Shown: positions 18,453-28,058 of the stretch, piece after piece
Position numbering within the stretch: the stretch's first letter is position 1
Layout of the letters: every line of letters starts with the position of its first letter
NCBI GenBank assembly: GCA_963808405.1
Contig: CAWEFG010000003.1
Coordinates: 44,564-108,563, forward strand
Reading direction: 5' to 3'
DNA from: an uncultured Acidobacteriaceae bacterium
Lineage (GTDB): Bacteria; Acidobacteriota; Terriglobia; Bryobacterales; Bryobacteraceae
Length of the DNA: 64,000 nt
Program-made: the position numbers and the translations under genes
The notes under the pieces: generated by a model
Databases searched by the model: none
What the model was told of the DNA's origin: nothing
The model's input: the letters and a program-made list of their open reading frames with translations, nothing else

Positions 18453-21400
18453 ATGTCGCACATGGTCCGCTCGCGAAGCCGGTATTTGGTGGCTCGTTAT
18501 CTTCCATTACTGGCCTTAGCGCTGGTTGGACTGGCAGGGTTGGCAGCCGCCCAGTCCATCGATCCCAAGCTCTATTCGGAGATGCACTGGCGCGAGATCG
18601 GACCGCCGCGCGCCGGGCGCGCACGCGCACTCGCCGGCGTACCCAGCCAACCGAACGTCTTCTATATAGGTTTCGATAACGGCGGCGTATGGCGGTCTAC
18701 AGACTTCGGTTCCACCTGGGTTCCGCTCTTCGACAACCAGCCTACCGGCTCTATCGGCGCGATTGCGGTGGCTCCATCGGATCCCAATATCATTTATGTC
18801 GGTTCCGGAGCCGGCATCATTCGCCCCGATTTAGCGGTCGGCGACGGCGTATATAAATCGAGCGATGCGGGTAAGACCTGGACACATCTTGGGCTCCGCG
18901 ATTCGCAGATGATCGCGAACATCGACGTGGATCCGAAGAACCCCGAGCGCGTTTTTGTGGCCGCCTTGGGGCACCCCTACGGACCGAATGCGGAACGCGG
19001 TATTTTCCGCTCCACCGACGGCGGCTCCAATTTCGAAAAAGTGCTGTACAAGGACGAATACACCAGCGGGAACGACGTTCGTATCGACCCCAGCAATCCC
19101 AATACGGTCTATGCAGCGCTATGGCAGCAGCAGCAAGGGTTTTTTGAGAATGGCGCGTTCGGCGGAACAGATGGCGGCATCTTCAAATCCACAGATGGCG
19201 GCTCTAGCTGGAAGAAACTGGCCGGCGGTCTGCCGCCCATCATTCAGGCGAACCTTGCTATCGCGCCGAGTAACCCTGCAATCCTCTATGCAACCGTCGC
19301 TGCGGGGACGCCTGTGTCGGCAGAGCCCGCTGGACCCGGACCTGCGGCCGCCGCCGGTCGCGCACCTCGCGGCGGACGCGGTGGCAACATCTCGTTCTAT
19401 AAGACCACGGATGGCGGAGAACATTGGGCATTGGCCACCGACGATTCGCGCGTATACGAAACGGGATCGACGGGCCGCCACCCGCCGGATACGCGTCCGC
19501 TTGGGCGCATAGGCGGAGGCGACCTCCCCACCATCACGGTCGACCCTAAGAATGAAAACGTTATCTACAGCTGCTCTACGGTTTTTTGGCGCACCGAAGA
19601 TGGAGGCGTCACCTGGACGGCGGTGCGCGGGGCACCCGGCGGCGACGATTACCAGAAGAGCTGGGTGAATCCTAATTACCCCAGCATCATCCTGCTGGTA
19701 AGCGATCAAGGGGGCGTGGTTTCGGCGAATCGCGGCCAGTCCTGGAGTAACTGGTACACCCAACCGACCGCGGCTATGTATCACGTCACCGCCGATAATG
19801 CGTTTCCCTATCGGCTCTGCGGGGGCCAGCAGGATTCCGGATCGGCGTGCGTCGAAAGCCGCAGCATGGACGGTGAAATCACCTTCCACGATTGGCATCC
19901 GGTCGGGATTGAAGAATACGGCGAGGCCGCCCCGGATCCCACGAATTCGAATCTGGTTTACGGCGGGAAAGTAACGGTTTACAATCGCGTCACCGGGCAG
20001 AAGGCGAACGTCGGACCGCCGGCCGCAGCGAACCGCTCAGCAGGCGCTGCTCCAAGCTCTGAACCGCCGGCCCGCACGGTGCGTACCCAGCCGCTCATCT
20101 GGTCGTCCAAGGATTCCAAAGTTCTTTTCTACGCCACTGCCGGGGTTTGGAAAACTCTTGATGGCGGACATAGCTGGACACCGATCAGCGGCGATCTGAC
20201 GCGCCAGACCTGGCAAGTCCCCGCGAACGCTGGTAAATACGGATCCAGCGTGACGCCTGCGCCACAAGGCTCCGTGACCGCGCTCGCGCCTTCGCCCCTG
20301 GATGTAAATGTGCTCTGGGCAGGCACCGGAGATGGCCTCATTCAAGTGACGAACGATGGCGGCCGCAAATGGACCGACGTGACTCCGCCGCAGATCAAGC
20401 CGTGGACGCGCATCTTTAATATGGATGCCGGCCACTTCGACACCAAGACCGCTTACGCCGCGGCAAATACGCTGCGTCTGGATGACATGAATCCGCACCT
20501 TTGGCGGACCCACGACGGGGGAAAGACGTGGACCGAAATCGACAAAGGGATTGCCCCCGGCGCAGTGACCAACTCGATCCGCGAAGATCCCCGCAAGAAA
20601 GGCCTGCTCTACGCCGCAACCGACACGCAAGTCTGGTTTTCAGTCGACGACGGCGACAACTGGAACTCGCTCCGGCTGGACATGCCCGCGATTTCGGTAC
20701 GCGATATCGAAGTCAAGGACGACGAGTCCTGCATGTGCTCGGACCTGGTGGCCGGTACCCACGGCCGAGGCTTCTGGATTCTCGATGACGTTACGCCGTT
20801 GCGTCAAGCTGCTGAAGCCGCTGCTCGATCCTCCGCTTATCTGTTCAAACCCGCTACCGGGATTCGCATTCGCTTCGGCACGAACGATCCGACGCCCTGG
20901 CCCCCGGAATTACCTGCCGGCGAAAACCCGCCTGCCGGCGCTGTTGTCGATTATTATCTGCCGTCCGGCGCGAGCGAAGTGAAATTGGAGTTCCTCGACA
21001 CGCAAGGTCAAGTTCTAAGGAGTTACTCTAGCACCGCACGCGTGTTAACTCCCGATCCGGCGATCGACCCGGCCGCTTACAACAAGGTGTGCCAACAGAC
21101 GCCAAGCGCCCCCGATTGCGGTCTGCCGCTCTACTGGCCTGCACCGCAGCAGATCCTGAAGACCTCCGCCGGCATGCACCGCTTTACCTGGGACATGCAC
21201 TATGACCCTCTCCCCGGCACCACTGGCGGGCGAGGCGGCGGGGGCGGAGGAGCAAACGGCGCAGTGCCGCATCGAACGTATCCGGCCGTGAACGCGCCCT
21301 GGGTCGCGCCCGGCAATTACATGGTGCGCCTCACTGTGGATGGACATGCCGAAAATCAGCCGATCACAATTAAGCTCGATCCGCGGGTCAGGATCACACC

Positions 21401-21830
21401 CGAAGTGCGTCAGATCTTCACGTTGACCGCGCAGGCGGAGAACGACGCAAGAAACGCCATGAAGGCGCACTCGGAAGCGGTCGCCTTGATCGGCAAGGTA
21501 CAGGCTCGCCCGAAATCGGCTGAGAACGACGCTCTGCTGAAGTTGCTCCGGGAAATGACGCCGGCCGAAGCGCCCGCACGCCCCGCTGGCGGTTTCGGTT
21601 TTGGCGCGAACAATACGCCGCCGGCCGCCCCGACTCTCACTAACATTGCGGGTGAACTAATCGCTTCGGTAATGCCCATGCAGAGCTCGGAGATGCCGCC
21701 AACTGCAGTTGAACTGGAAGGCAACAGGAAACAGCAAGCCGCCTACCTTGCGTTGATGGCGAAATGGTCCGCGCTTAAAGCAAAAACCAACGGCGCGGCC
21801 GGTGCGAAACACACCCCTGCGACGCAATGA
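18453..21830 (+). CDS. Large secreted BNR/sortilin(VPS10)-like beta-propeller repeat protein
   Basis: 1125 aa with a signal peptide. Repeated S-x-D-x-G-x-T-W type BNR motifs (STDFGSTW, SSDAGKTW, STDGGSNF, STDGGSSW, TTDGGEHW, TEDGGVTW, TLDGGHSW, TNDGGRKW, THDGGKTW, VDDGDNW). Confidence 0.75.
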   Translation: MSHMVRSRSRYLVARYLPLLALALVGLAGLAAAQSIDPKLYSEMHWREIGPPRAGRARALAGVPSQPNVFYIGFDNGGVWRSTDFGSTWVPLFDNQPTGSIGAIAVAPSDPNIIYVGSGAGIIRPDLAVGDGVYKSSDAGKTWTHLGLRDSQMIANIDVDPKNPERVFVAALGHPYGPNAERGIFRSTDGGSNFEKVLYKDEYTSGNDVRIDPSNPNTVYAALWQQQQGFFENGAFGGTDGGIFKSTDGGSSWKKLAGGLPPIIQANLAIAPSNPAILYATVAAGTPVSAEPAGPGPAAAAGRAPRGGRGGNISFYKTTDGGEHWALATDDSRVYETGSTGRHPPDTRPLGRIGGGDLPTITVDPKNENVIYSCSTVFWRTEDGGVTWTAVRGAPGGDDYQKSWVNPNYPSIILLVSDQGGVVSANRGQSWSNWYTQPTAAMYHVTADNAFPYRLCGGQQDSGSACVESRSMDGEITFHDWHPVGIEEYGEAAPDPTNSNLVYGGKVTVYNRVTGQKANVGPPAAANRSAGAAPSSEPPARTVRTQPLIWSSKDSKVLFYATAGVWKTLDGGHSWTPISGDLTRQTWQVPANAGKYGSSVTPAPQGSVTALAPSPLDVNVLWAGTGDGLIQVTNDGGRKWTDVTPPQIKPWTRIFNMDAGHFDTKTAYAAANTLRLDDMNPHLWRTHDGGKTWTEIDKGIAPGAVTNSIREDPRKKGLLYAATDTQVWFSVDDGDNWNSLRLDMPAISVRDIEVKDDESCMCSDLVAGTHGRGFWILDDVTPLRQAAEAAARSSAYLFKPATGIRIRFGTNDPTPWPPELPAGENPPAGAVVDYYLPSGASEVKLEFLDTQGQVLRSYSSTARVLTPDPAIDPAAYNKVCQQTPSAPDCGLPLYWPAPQQILKTSAGMHRFTWDMHYDPLPGTTGGRGGGGGGANGAVPHRTYPAVNAPWVAPGNYMVRLTVDGHAENQPITIKLDPRVRITPEVRQIFTLTAQAENDARNAMKAHSEAVALIGKVQARPKSAENDALLKLLREMTPAEAPARPAGGFGFGANNTPPAAPTLTNIAGELIASVMPMQSSEMPPTAVELEGNRKQQAAYLALMAKWSALKAKTNGAAGAKHTPATQ

Positions 21831-22426
21831 GGTTGACGCTTTCGATACTCGCCGGAACTTACGCAGCGGTGTTCGTCGCGGAGATCGTGGGCGACAAACT
21901 ACTCTACACGACGGGAGTGCTGGCGACCCGCTATCGCACCGTGCCAATCGTGATCGGCATGCTCCTCGCCTTCATGGCCAAGATGGCGGTGGCGGTGGCA
22001 GTGGGACAAGCCATATCGAAGCTGCCTCCCTTGGTAGTCGCCGGTGTCACCAGCGCGAGTTTTATCGGGGTAGCGATTACGCTTTGGCGTAAGCCGGTCG
22101 AGCGCGCTTCCTTTGAGAAGGACCACCGGATTTCGAGGTCGGCAATGGTGTCTTTTGCCGCAATCTTTTTTTCGGAATGGGGCGATGTCGGGCAGATCAC
22201 TGCCGCTGCTATGGCCGCGCGTTTCGGAGCGCCCGTTCTCGTTTGGGTAGGCGCTGTGGCCGCAATGGCCACCAAAGGAGCGCTGGCTGCCTCCATCGGC
22301 GCAGGAGTTCGCCAGTGGATTGTCACGCGCGTCCCGCCGAAAGCCGTGCGCTATGCGGGCGTCAGCGCCCTGCTGGTGTTAGGCGTGCTGTCGGTTCTCG
22401 AAACGCTGTCAAGCGAGCACAGCTAA
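21827..22426 (+). CDS. GDT1/TMEM165 (UPF0016) family cation transporter
   Basis: Two E-x-G-D motifs (AEIVGDKLL and SEWGDVGQI) within a 6-TM-like 199-aa protein. ATGA overlap with the upstream gene. Confidence 0.8.
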   Translation: MRLTLSILAGTYAAVFVAEIVGDKLLYTTGVLATRYRTVPIVIGMLLAFMAKMAVAVAVGQAISKLPPLVVAGVTSASFIGVAITLWRKPVERASFEKDHRISRSAMVSFAAIFFSEWGDVGQITAAAMAARFGAPVLVWVGAVAAMATKGALAASIGAGVRQWIVTRVPPKAVRYAGVSALLVLGVLSVLETLSSEHS

Positions 22427-23616
22427 CCGTTTATGATGTTGGCCGTGAACATTCCCCGCAGCCGGTAGAACATCACCACCGCCATTAGCTGCGCAAGCAC
22501 TCCGAACAGAACCAGCGCAAGCAAAGAGCGTGAATATAACAAGCCCATCACGAGACTGCCAAGAAACCACATCACGCCATAAACGCCGTTAAAGGCGCCA
22601 AACGCACCACCCCGTTTGTTCATCGATACCACAGTCGCGATCCCCGAGCGTAGACAGGCGTCCTGTGCACCGAGTCCGGTCGCCCAACACCCAACGCTCG
22701 CAATAGCCCCGGTAGAGCCGCCCAGAAATCCGAGCGGAAGCGCTAGCAGAGAAATAAGGATCCCCAACACCAATGCGTTCAGGCCAATGCGATCGAAGAG
22801 GCGGCCGAAGAGCAGCGCGGTTAGACCATTCACGGCCATGGCGCCCGAATACAGCAAAGGTATTTCGACAGCCGTGGAAATTCTTGCGGCCTGGAAGTGG
22901 AAAGCGAGCAGAGGAAAATCGACCATGCCGCAGGCAAGCAATCCAGCCGCCGCCACATAGATCCAGAACACCCGCGGGAGCACTTGACCGGTCTGCGTCT
23001 TTAGCGTCCGCACGCGATCCGGATTCAGCACGCGAGCGATTGACAACGCAATCAAGGTTCCCACTGCAGGAAATGCCAGCCACAAAAATGGCGGGCCGAA
23101 GTGGTGCGAGCGAGCGACCGCCGCGACCATCAGCAAAGGGCCGATCACCGCGCCGGTTTGATCCATGATGGAGTGCAGTCCAAATCCCCAGCCATGCCCC
23201 ACGTCCTCCGTCGCGCCGGAAAGCAGCACATCGCGCGCCGGACCACGGAAGGCTTTGCCCGTGCGCTCCACCACGATCAGCAAAGCCGCGAGTTTCCAGT
23301 TGCCGGCAAATGCCAGCGCAGGCACCGCAATGACATTCATCGCGTAACCGCAGAAGGTGATGGCCCAGTAGGATTGTGTTCGGTCCGCGAATCGCCCGGA
23401 AAACAAACGCAGGCTCGCCGCGAGCATTTCGCCAAGCCCGGCGATGAGGGCCACTTCGAATGCGGTAGCCCCCAGCTCCTTCAGGTATGGCCCGATGATG
23501 CTGTGCGCGCCTTCATAGGTCATGTCCGCGAATAGACTCACCAGGCCAAGGCAGAAAATAAACCGCAGTGCCGACGCTCGTCTTTGAGAAGCCGCTTGCT
23601 CTTGTGAACCGATCAT
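22423..23616 (-). CDS. MFS transporter
   Basis: 397 aa, about 12 hydrophobic segments, GRFADR-type loop (SGRFADRTQ) between TM2 and TM3. Confidence 0.8.
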   Translation of the reverse strand: MIGSQEQAASQRRASALRFIFCLGLVSLFADMTYEGAHSIIGPYLKELGATAFEVALIAGLGEMLAASLRLFSGRFADRTQSYWAITFCGYAMNVIAVPALAFAGNWKLAALLIVVERTGKAFRGPARDVLLSGATEDVGHGWGFGLHSIMDQTGAVIGPLLMVAAVARSHHFGPPFLWLAFPAVGTLIALSIARVLNPDRVRTLKTQTGQVLPRVFWIYVAAAGLLACGMVDFPLLAFHFQAARISTAVEIPLLYSGAMAVNGLTALLFGRLFDRIGLNALVLGILISLLALPLGFLGGSTGAIASVGCWATGLGAQDACLRSGIATVVSMNKRGGAFGAFNGVYGVMWFLGSLVMGLLYSRSLLALVLFGVLAQLMAVVMFYRLRGMFTANIING

Positions 23617-23746
23617 CGCGCTTATGCCGCATCATAACGTGGGGCCTGGGATTGGCCTGAATCGCGATCGGAAAGCGCGCTCCGGTTCAAATGGAATACT
23701 TGGCAGACGGGAGCTATGAATTTCCGCGAGGTCGTTGTAATTCTGT

Positions 23747-23831
23747 TGGTGCGGAGAGGGGGACTTGAACCCCCACGGTGTTACCCGCTAGCACCTCAAG
23801 CTAGTGCGTCTGCCAATTCCGCCATCTCCGC
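23747..23831 (-). tRNA. tRNA-Leu (anticodon GAG), CCA-encoded
   Basis: Hand-folded. Acceptor GCGGAGA/TCTCCGC. Anticodon stem CTAGC/GCTAG with loop TTGAGGT (GAG, G37). Long variable arm. T-arm GGGGG-TTCAAGT-CCCCC. Discriminator A plus CCA. Confidence 0.9.
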
Positions 23832-23840
23832 AATGCAAAC

Positions 23841-24158
23841 TTACTTTTTGTTCTTCGTCGGCGGCGGCGCGGTCTTTTGAACCACGGGCGCCTTGCGGTG
23901 CTCAAGAACGCTGCCGGTCGTGGGCGCTCTGTTGTTTGCCATGATGACCAGAATCAGCGATGTCACCATAAATAACGTGGCAGCGATCGTGGTCACCTTC
24001 GATAACAACGTCGTTGTTCCGCGAGGTCCGAACACCGTCTGAGATCCCATTCCTCCAAACGCGCCTGCCAAATCGGCAGCTTTGCCGCTCTGCAGGAGAA
24101 CAACAATAATCAAGATAAAACAAATAACGACGTGCACCGCTGTTACCAAAATCAACAT
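23841..24158 (-). CDS. secG: Preprotein translocase subunit SecG
   Basis: Internal ATG at 24158 gives a 105-aa protein: MLILVTAVHVVICFILIIVVLLQSGKAADLAGAFGG...TTIAATLFMVTSLILVI. This shows two TM helices and the LLQxGKG-like loop of SecG. The upstream 90 codons of the listed ORF look non-coding. Confidence 0.8.
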   Translation of the reverse strand: MLILVTAVHVVICFILIIVVLLQSGKAADLAGAFGGMGSQTVFGPRGTTTLLSKVTTIAATLFMVTSLILVIMANNRAPTTGSVLEHRKAPVVQKTAPPPTKNKK

Positions 24159-24248
24159 GCCAGATTCGAGTATAACAACCAAAGATAGCGGCCTGAGCCG
24201 GCCGGCAAGAGCGATAATTCTATACATCGCGCTATTGGAAAAACCACG

Positions 24249-24806
24249 ATGAACGTGTTTATCTCGATGCTCAGAGGCGTTAATGTCGGAGGTCACAATC
24301 GGATCAAGATGGATGCTTTGCGCGAGCTGTACGAATCGCTGAAGTTGCGAGACCCACAAACTTACGTACAGAGCGGCAACGTCGTTTTCAAAACGAAAGA
24401 ACGGGACGCGGGACTTCTCGCCGCGCACATCGAGAACGGGATTGAGCGCAGCTTCGGCTTCCGGCCCGCGGTCGTTGTTCGTACCGCCTCCGATCTAAGG
24501 AAGGTGATTGCAAGAAATCCGTTTGCGACCCGGACCGGCATCGATCCAAGTAAACTGCTGGTCACGTTTCTTGCCAATGATCCGGAGCCGGAAGGCCGTG
24601 ACAAAATTCTCAAGATCAAAGCCGATCCCGATGAATTGAGGATCGACGGCCGCGAGGTCTACACCTATTTCCCAGACGGAATGGCGCGTCCGAAAGTGCC
24701 CTGGGCGCTGATTGAGAAGACGCTGAAAACGTCCGGGACCGGGAGAAACTGGAATAGCGTAATGAAGTTGCTTGAGATTGCGGAGAAACTGGAGCTTTCT
24801 CAATGA
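24249..24806 (+). CDS. DUF1697 domain protein
   Basis: N-terminus MNVFISMLRGVNVGGHNRIKMDALRELY matches my memory of the DUF1697 family start. 185 aa. Confidence 0.7.
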   Translation: MNVFISMLRGVNVGGHNRIKMDALRELYESLKLRDPQTYVQSGNVVFKTKERDAGLLAAHIENGIERSFGFRPAVVVRTASDLRKVIARNPFATRTGIDPSKLLVTFLANDPEPEGRDKILKIKADPDELRIDGREVYTYFPDGMARPKVPWALIEKTLKTSGTGRNWNSVMKLLEIAEKLELSQ

Positions 24807-25714
24807 TGCTCGCCATCATTCCTTCGATGCTGGTCTTTGCGCTCGCCAGTCCTGAGACTGTCGCGCCAGGAGCAACGGGTCCGCGCGTAATGGGGGCGCA
24901 GATTCTGTTGGATCGCGCACGGTTCTCGCCGGGTGAAATTGACGCGCACTACGGCGACGATCTCGGAATTGCAATCAAGGGGTATCAGGAGAATCATGGC
25001 TTCGAGCCGACGGGCATAATCGATGCGGATATGTGGAAGTTGCTGGACGCGGACCGCCGCCCCTTGCTGATGACCTATATCATCACCAGGGCGGATGTCA
25101 GAGGCCCTTTCGTGCCGATTCCAAAAGACGTTCAGGAACGCGCGCGCATGAAGTGGCTTGGCTATGAATCGCCGGAAGAGGAGCTGGGCGAAAAATTTCA
25201 CATTTCTCCGAAATTACTTGCGGAGCTGAATCCCGGCAAGAGTCTGAAACGCGCCGGCGAGAGGATTCGGGTGCCAAACGTTCGGCGTGGTCCGCCCCAT
25301 CGCGCCGTCCGGGTTGTGGTCTCGAAGTCGAAGCGGACAGTAACGGCATGCGGCCCAGGCCAGAAACTATTAGCGCAGTACCCGGCCACGCTTGGCGGCG
25401 AACACGATCCGCTGCCGATCGGCCATTGGATCATCACAGTCGTTCAGCATTACCCGTGGTTTTATTACGATCCCGCGCACTTTTGGAACGCCAGCCCGGA
25501 AGAGGCGAAGGCGAAGCTTCCGCCCGGTCCTAACAATCCGGCCGGTGTCGTGTGGATGGGGCTTTCAAAGAAACACTATGGAATCCACGGAACGCCGGAT
25601 CCCGGACATATCCGCCACGACGAATCTTACGGCTGCATCCGCCTGACGAATTGGGATGCGGAAGATTTGTCGCACATGGTTCGGCGCGGCACTCCGGTCA
25701 TATGCGAGGAATAG
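24803..25714 (+). CDS. L,D-transpeptidase (YkuD) with peptidoglycan-binding domain
   Basis: HGTPDPGHIRHDESYGCIRLTNWD (catalytic His/Cys motif). N-terminal PG_binding-like GDDLGIAIKGYQENHGFEPTGIID. Confidence 0.85.
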   Translation: MMLAIIPSMLVFALASPETVAPGATGPRVMGAQILLDRARFSPGEIDAHYGDDLGIAIKGYQENHGFEPTGIIDADMWKLLDADRRPLLMTYIITRADVRGPFVPIPKDVQERARMKWLGYESPEEELGEKFHISPKLLAELNPGKSLKRAGERIRVPNVRRGPPHRAVRVVVSKSKRTVTACGPGQKLLAQYPATLGGEHDPLPIGHWIITVVQHYPWFYYDPAHFWNASPEEAKAKLPPGPNNPAGVVWMGLSKKHYGIHGTPDPGHIRHDESYGCIRLTNWDAEDLSHMVRRGTPVICEE

Positions 25715-26226
25715 GGGCAGCGAAGACTCGCCTGCCTGCGGTAGTTTTGGCGGTTTCGTTCGCATTTTGCTCCACCTCTTCCACTCTTGACATAATGCCG
25801 CCAATCGAGGGGTTGGCGCTCGCCGACCTGCACGATACATTCGCCGAAATCCACAACGGACATCCGCATGAGGCGATCGACATCGTGAAGCCGAGAGGGA
25901 CGCCCGTGCATGCGGTTGTCTCCGGTATCGCGCGTAAACTCTTCCTGAGCAAACCGGGCGGCATCACAATTTATGAGTTCGACGAGGCGGGCGAGTACTG
26001 CTATTACTATGCGCACCTGGATCGTTACGCGGAAGGTTTACGCGAGGGGATGCGGATTGCTCGTGGAGATGTGATCGGTTTTGTAGGGTCTACCGGAAAT
26101 GCCGATGCACGAACACCGCATCTGCACTTTGCAATCGTCGCATTGGGGCCGGAAAAGCAGTGGTGGCGGGGAAAGGCCATCAACCCCTATCCGCCGCTGG
26201 TCGAAGCCGTGAAGCGGGCGAAGTAA
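25702..26226 (+). CDS. M23-family metallopeptidase
   Basis: HEAIDI ... GDVIGFVGSTGNADARTPHLHFAI (HxxxD and HxH motifs). Start placed at the internal ATG 25702, which gives a signal peptide; the longer ORF would overlap the L,D-transpeptidase gene. Confidence 0.8.
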   Translation: MRGIGAAKTRLPAVVLAVSFAFCSTSSTLDIMPPIEGLALADLHDTFAEIHNGHPHEAIDIVKPRGTPVHAVVSGIARKLFLSKPGGITIYEFDEAGEYCYYYAHLDRYAEGLREGMRIARGDVIGFVGSTGNADARTPHLHFAIVALGPEKQWWRGKAINPYPPLVEAVKRAK

Positions 26227-26415
26227 AACGGGCGCGCGTGCTTGCGAACAAGCGAGACGTCCTCTATCAATCTCTGCTGAAGGTATTTCTAGCGGAGCGC
26301 CTGGAGAGAGAACGCCGACGGGCATTGTGTGCGCAATGAATCAGGTCTTAAATCGGTATATTACGACTTAACGTCAAGCCGAGCACCTCTGGTAAACTGA
26401 GTGTTCTGAAGCAGC

Positions 26416-26491
26416 GGCCAGGTAGCTCAGTCGGTAGAGCGCAGCCCTGAAAAGGCTGGCGTCGGCGGTTCGATTCCGTCCCTGGCCACCA
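26416..26491 (+). tRNA. tRNA-Phe (anticodon GAA), CCA-encoded
   Basis: Hand-folded. Acceptor GGCCAGG/CCTGGCC. D-arm GCTC-AGTCGGTA-GAGC. Anticodon stem CAGCC/GGCTG with loop CTGAAAA. T-loop TTCGATT. 76 nt. Confidence 0.92.
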
Positions 26492-26865
26492 TAACTTTCA
26501 ACGATTTAACGGCAACCAGAAACATTACTTTGCACTCGCCCGAACAATACCCGAATTCAGCCGGCTCAGCATGCGCCACAAATGCGCGCAATGGATGGCA
26601 GGACAATCCGGGGAATCTCTTGTCCTTGGCATTCGACATTGCGCATGCACCCGATAGTGATCCACGGATTAAAGGCACTAAGGCTTTGCTCACGGAATTT
26701 GCTGACTCATTGTTATCGTCAGCGGGAGTGAAGATGTCCAGAATGTCTCAGTTTGCGGTAAGACTATCCCCGACCAACCAAACAACGACCCGTTCGCCAA
26801 TATTCCAATTGTCTCCTGCAGGGAGCTGGCGGGGCTTGATGAGGATGAAGTACGCGTTGGTTCAC

Positions 26866-27186
26866 CTACGGCTCCCGAGGTTTCAAGGGATTAATTCCAG
26901 CCGCTCGTTCCTTTGCAACTTGTGGTGATCTTCTTGCGTGAAGGCACGCGACGATCAGAACATGATTTTTGACCGTAAAGTAAAGCGCATAAGGAAACTG
27001 CTGCAGGTTTACTTTCCGGGCTTCCCCAATGCGTTTGGCATACCCCGCCGGGTTCTGCGCGATCCGTCCGGCTGCTTCTCGCACGCGCCCGAGAAATTGC
27101 TCGCCTAGCCCTTCCTGTCTCGCCTCGTACCACTCCGAAGCCTCGCGGATATCCGCTTCAGCGGACGCGGATACCCTTACCTGCAT
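26866..27186 (-). CDS. ParE/RelE-superfamily toxin (plasmid-stabilisation type)
   Basis: 106 aa. AEADIREASEWYEARQEGLGEQF...NPAGYAKRIGEARKVNLQQFPYALYFTVKNHVLIVACLHARR matches the ParE-like toxin pattern. Its start abuts the stop of a small upstream ORF (TAG followed directly by ATG). Confidence 0.8.
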   Translation of the reverse strand: MQVRVSASAEADIREASEWYEARQEGLGEQFLGRVREAAGRIAQNPAGYAKRIGEARKVNLQQFPYALYFTVKNHVLIVACLHARRSPQVAKERAAGINPLKPREP

Positions 27187-27351
27187 CTATCGGGGCGACG
27201 GTTGTTTGAGGGACTGCGCGGCGTCTTTCAGAACGGCATCCAGATCGCGGCTCGGCTCGCGCTCGGCCTTTTCCAGCCGCTCACGGACGAGCTTTTCCGT
27301 TTCGGGGTCTTCCCGATCCTTCGCCGGGCGGACTGGATTCTGGGTTGCCAT
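27187..27351 (-). CDS. Putative cognate antitoxin (small charged protein)
   Basis: 54-aa reading from ATG 27351: MATQNPVRPAKDREDPETEKLVRERLEKAEREPSRDLDAVLKDAAQSLKQPSPR. Position and size fit an antitoxin. The frame stays open upstream to 27915, so the start is uncertain. Confidence 0.4.
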   Translation of the reverse strand: MATQNPVRPAKDREDPETEKLVRERLEKAEREPSRDLDAVLKDAAQSLKQPSPR

Positions 27352-28058
27352 GACTTGAGTTTGGCAGAAAACCAGAAATGCGGCAATGCCATCGTAAACC
27401 ACGCCGAAGTCGACGACCAGCGACCTCGCCAGTGCTTCTTGCACCAGCTCAGCGTCGCAGCGCCCTCGCGTCTTGCCAATCGCCGAGTTTAGGGCCGAAG
27501 CGAAGATGAAGGTGCCGGGTTGTGGAATTACGTCATTCCCAATTTTCAGGGATTTCTCAATAACCTTGAGCATTGGCCGAAAGAGCACATGGACGCCGAG
27601 GCAAAAGCCGAACGGATAGCTCGCAAGCTGTTCGCGAAAATTTCCCAGACTACCTAGTTTTTGACAACCGATGTTACGCCATCGTCGGCTCTTATCGCAA
27701 AGGAGCGGCTGCCCGACCAAAACCGACGTTGACATGATCTTTGTCGTCAATCCGAGCGAGTATCCTCGTATCAACGGTCTCGTCCGCCGGCAATCCGCAT
27801 GACTGCAGGAGATCAACACGAGCTTCTGGACCGACGGCCGAAAACGGACGCGCGCGGAGGCGGCCCCGTGGTCAAATTCCATTTGACAGCTATGAGTTCG
27901 AGGTCTGTCCGGCATTTCGCGTGTATAATCACGCGGATCTCTTCATCCGCCGCATACGAACAACAGCGGACGGTGGGGATACACCAACCGACCGGCGAAA
28001 TCGCCGATCTCCGCGCCGACGACGAAGCGAGCCTGGGAAGGCCACCCATCTTGTAAAG

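Noticed and set aside
24159-24428. N-terminal 90 codons of the listed 195-aa secG ORF
   Set aside because: The SecG homology begins exactly at the internal ATG 24158. The extension would overlap the divergent DUF1697 gene start and has no membrane or secretory features.
26227-26415. Sigma70-like promoter for tRNA-Phe (ttaacg ... taaact) and a small GCTTG-CGAA-CAAGC hairpin after the M23 gene
   Set aside because: The spacer length (about 19 nt) and the match to consensus are poor. The hairpin lacks a U-tract. Neither is supportable from sequence alone.
26427-26693. 88-aa minus-strand ORF ending ...ARDGIEPPTPAFSGLRSTD
   Set aside because: It runs through tRNA-Phe. The GIEPPTPAFSG string is the well-known translation artefact of a tRNA T-arm/acceptor region.
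27741-28058. Arg-rich 106-codon 5' extension of ORF 27741..28451
   Set aside because: The composition (RRR / SRR runs) is typical of an out-of-frame GC-rich read-through, and it overlaps the minus-strand ORF. The plausible start is ATG 28059.
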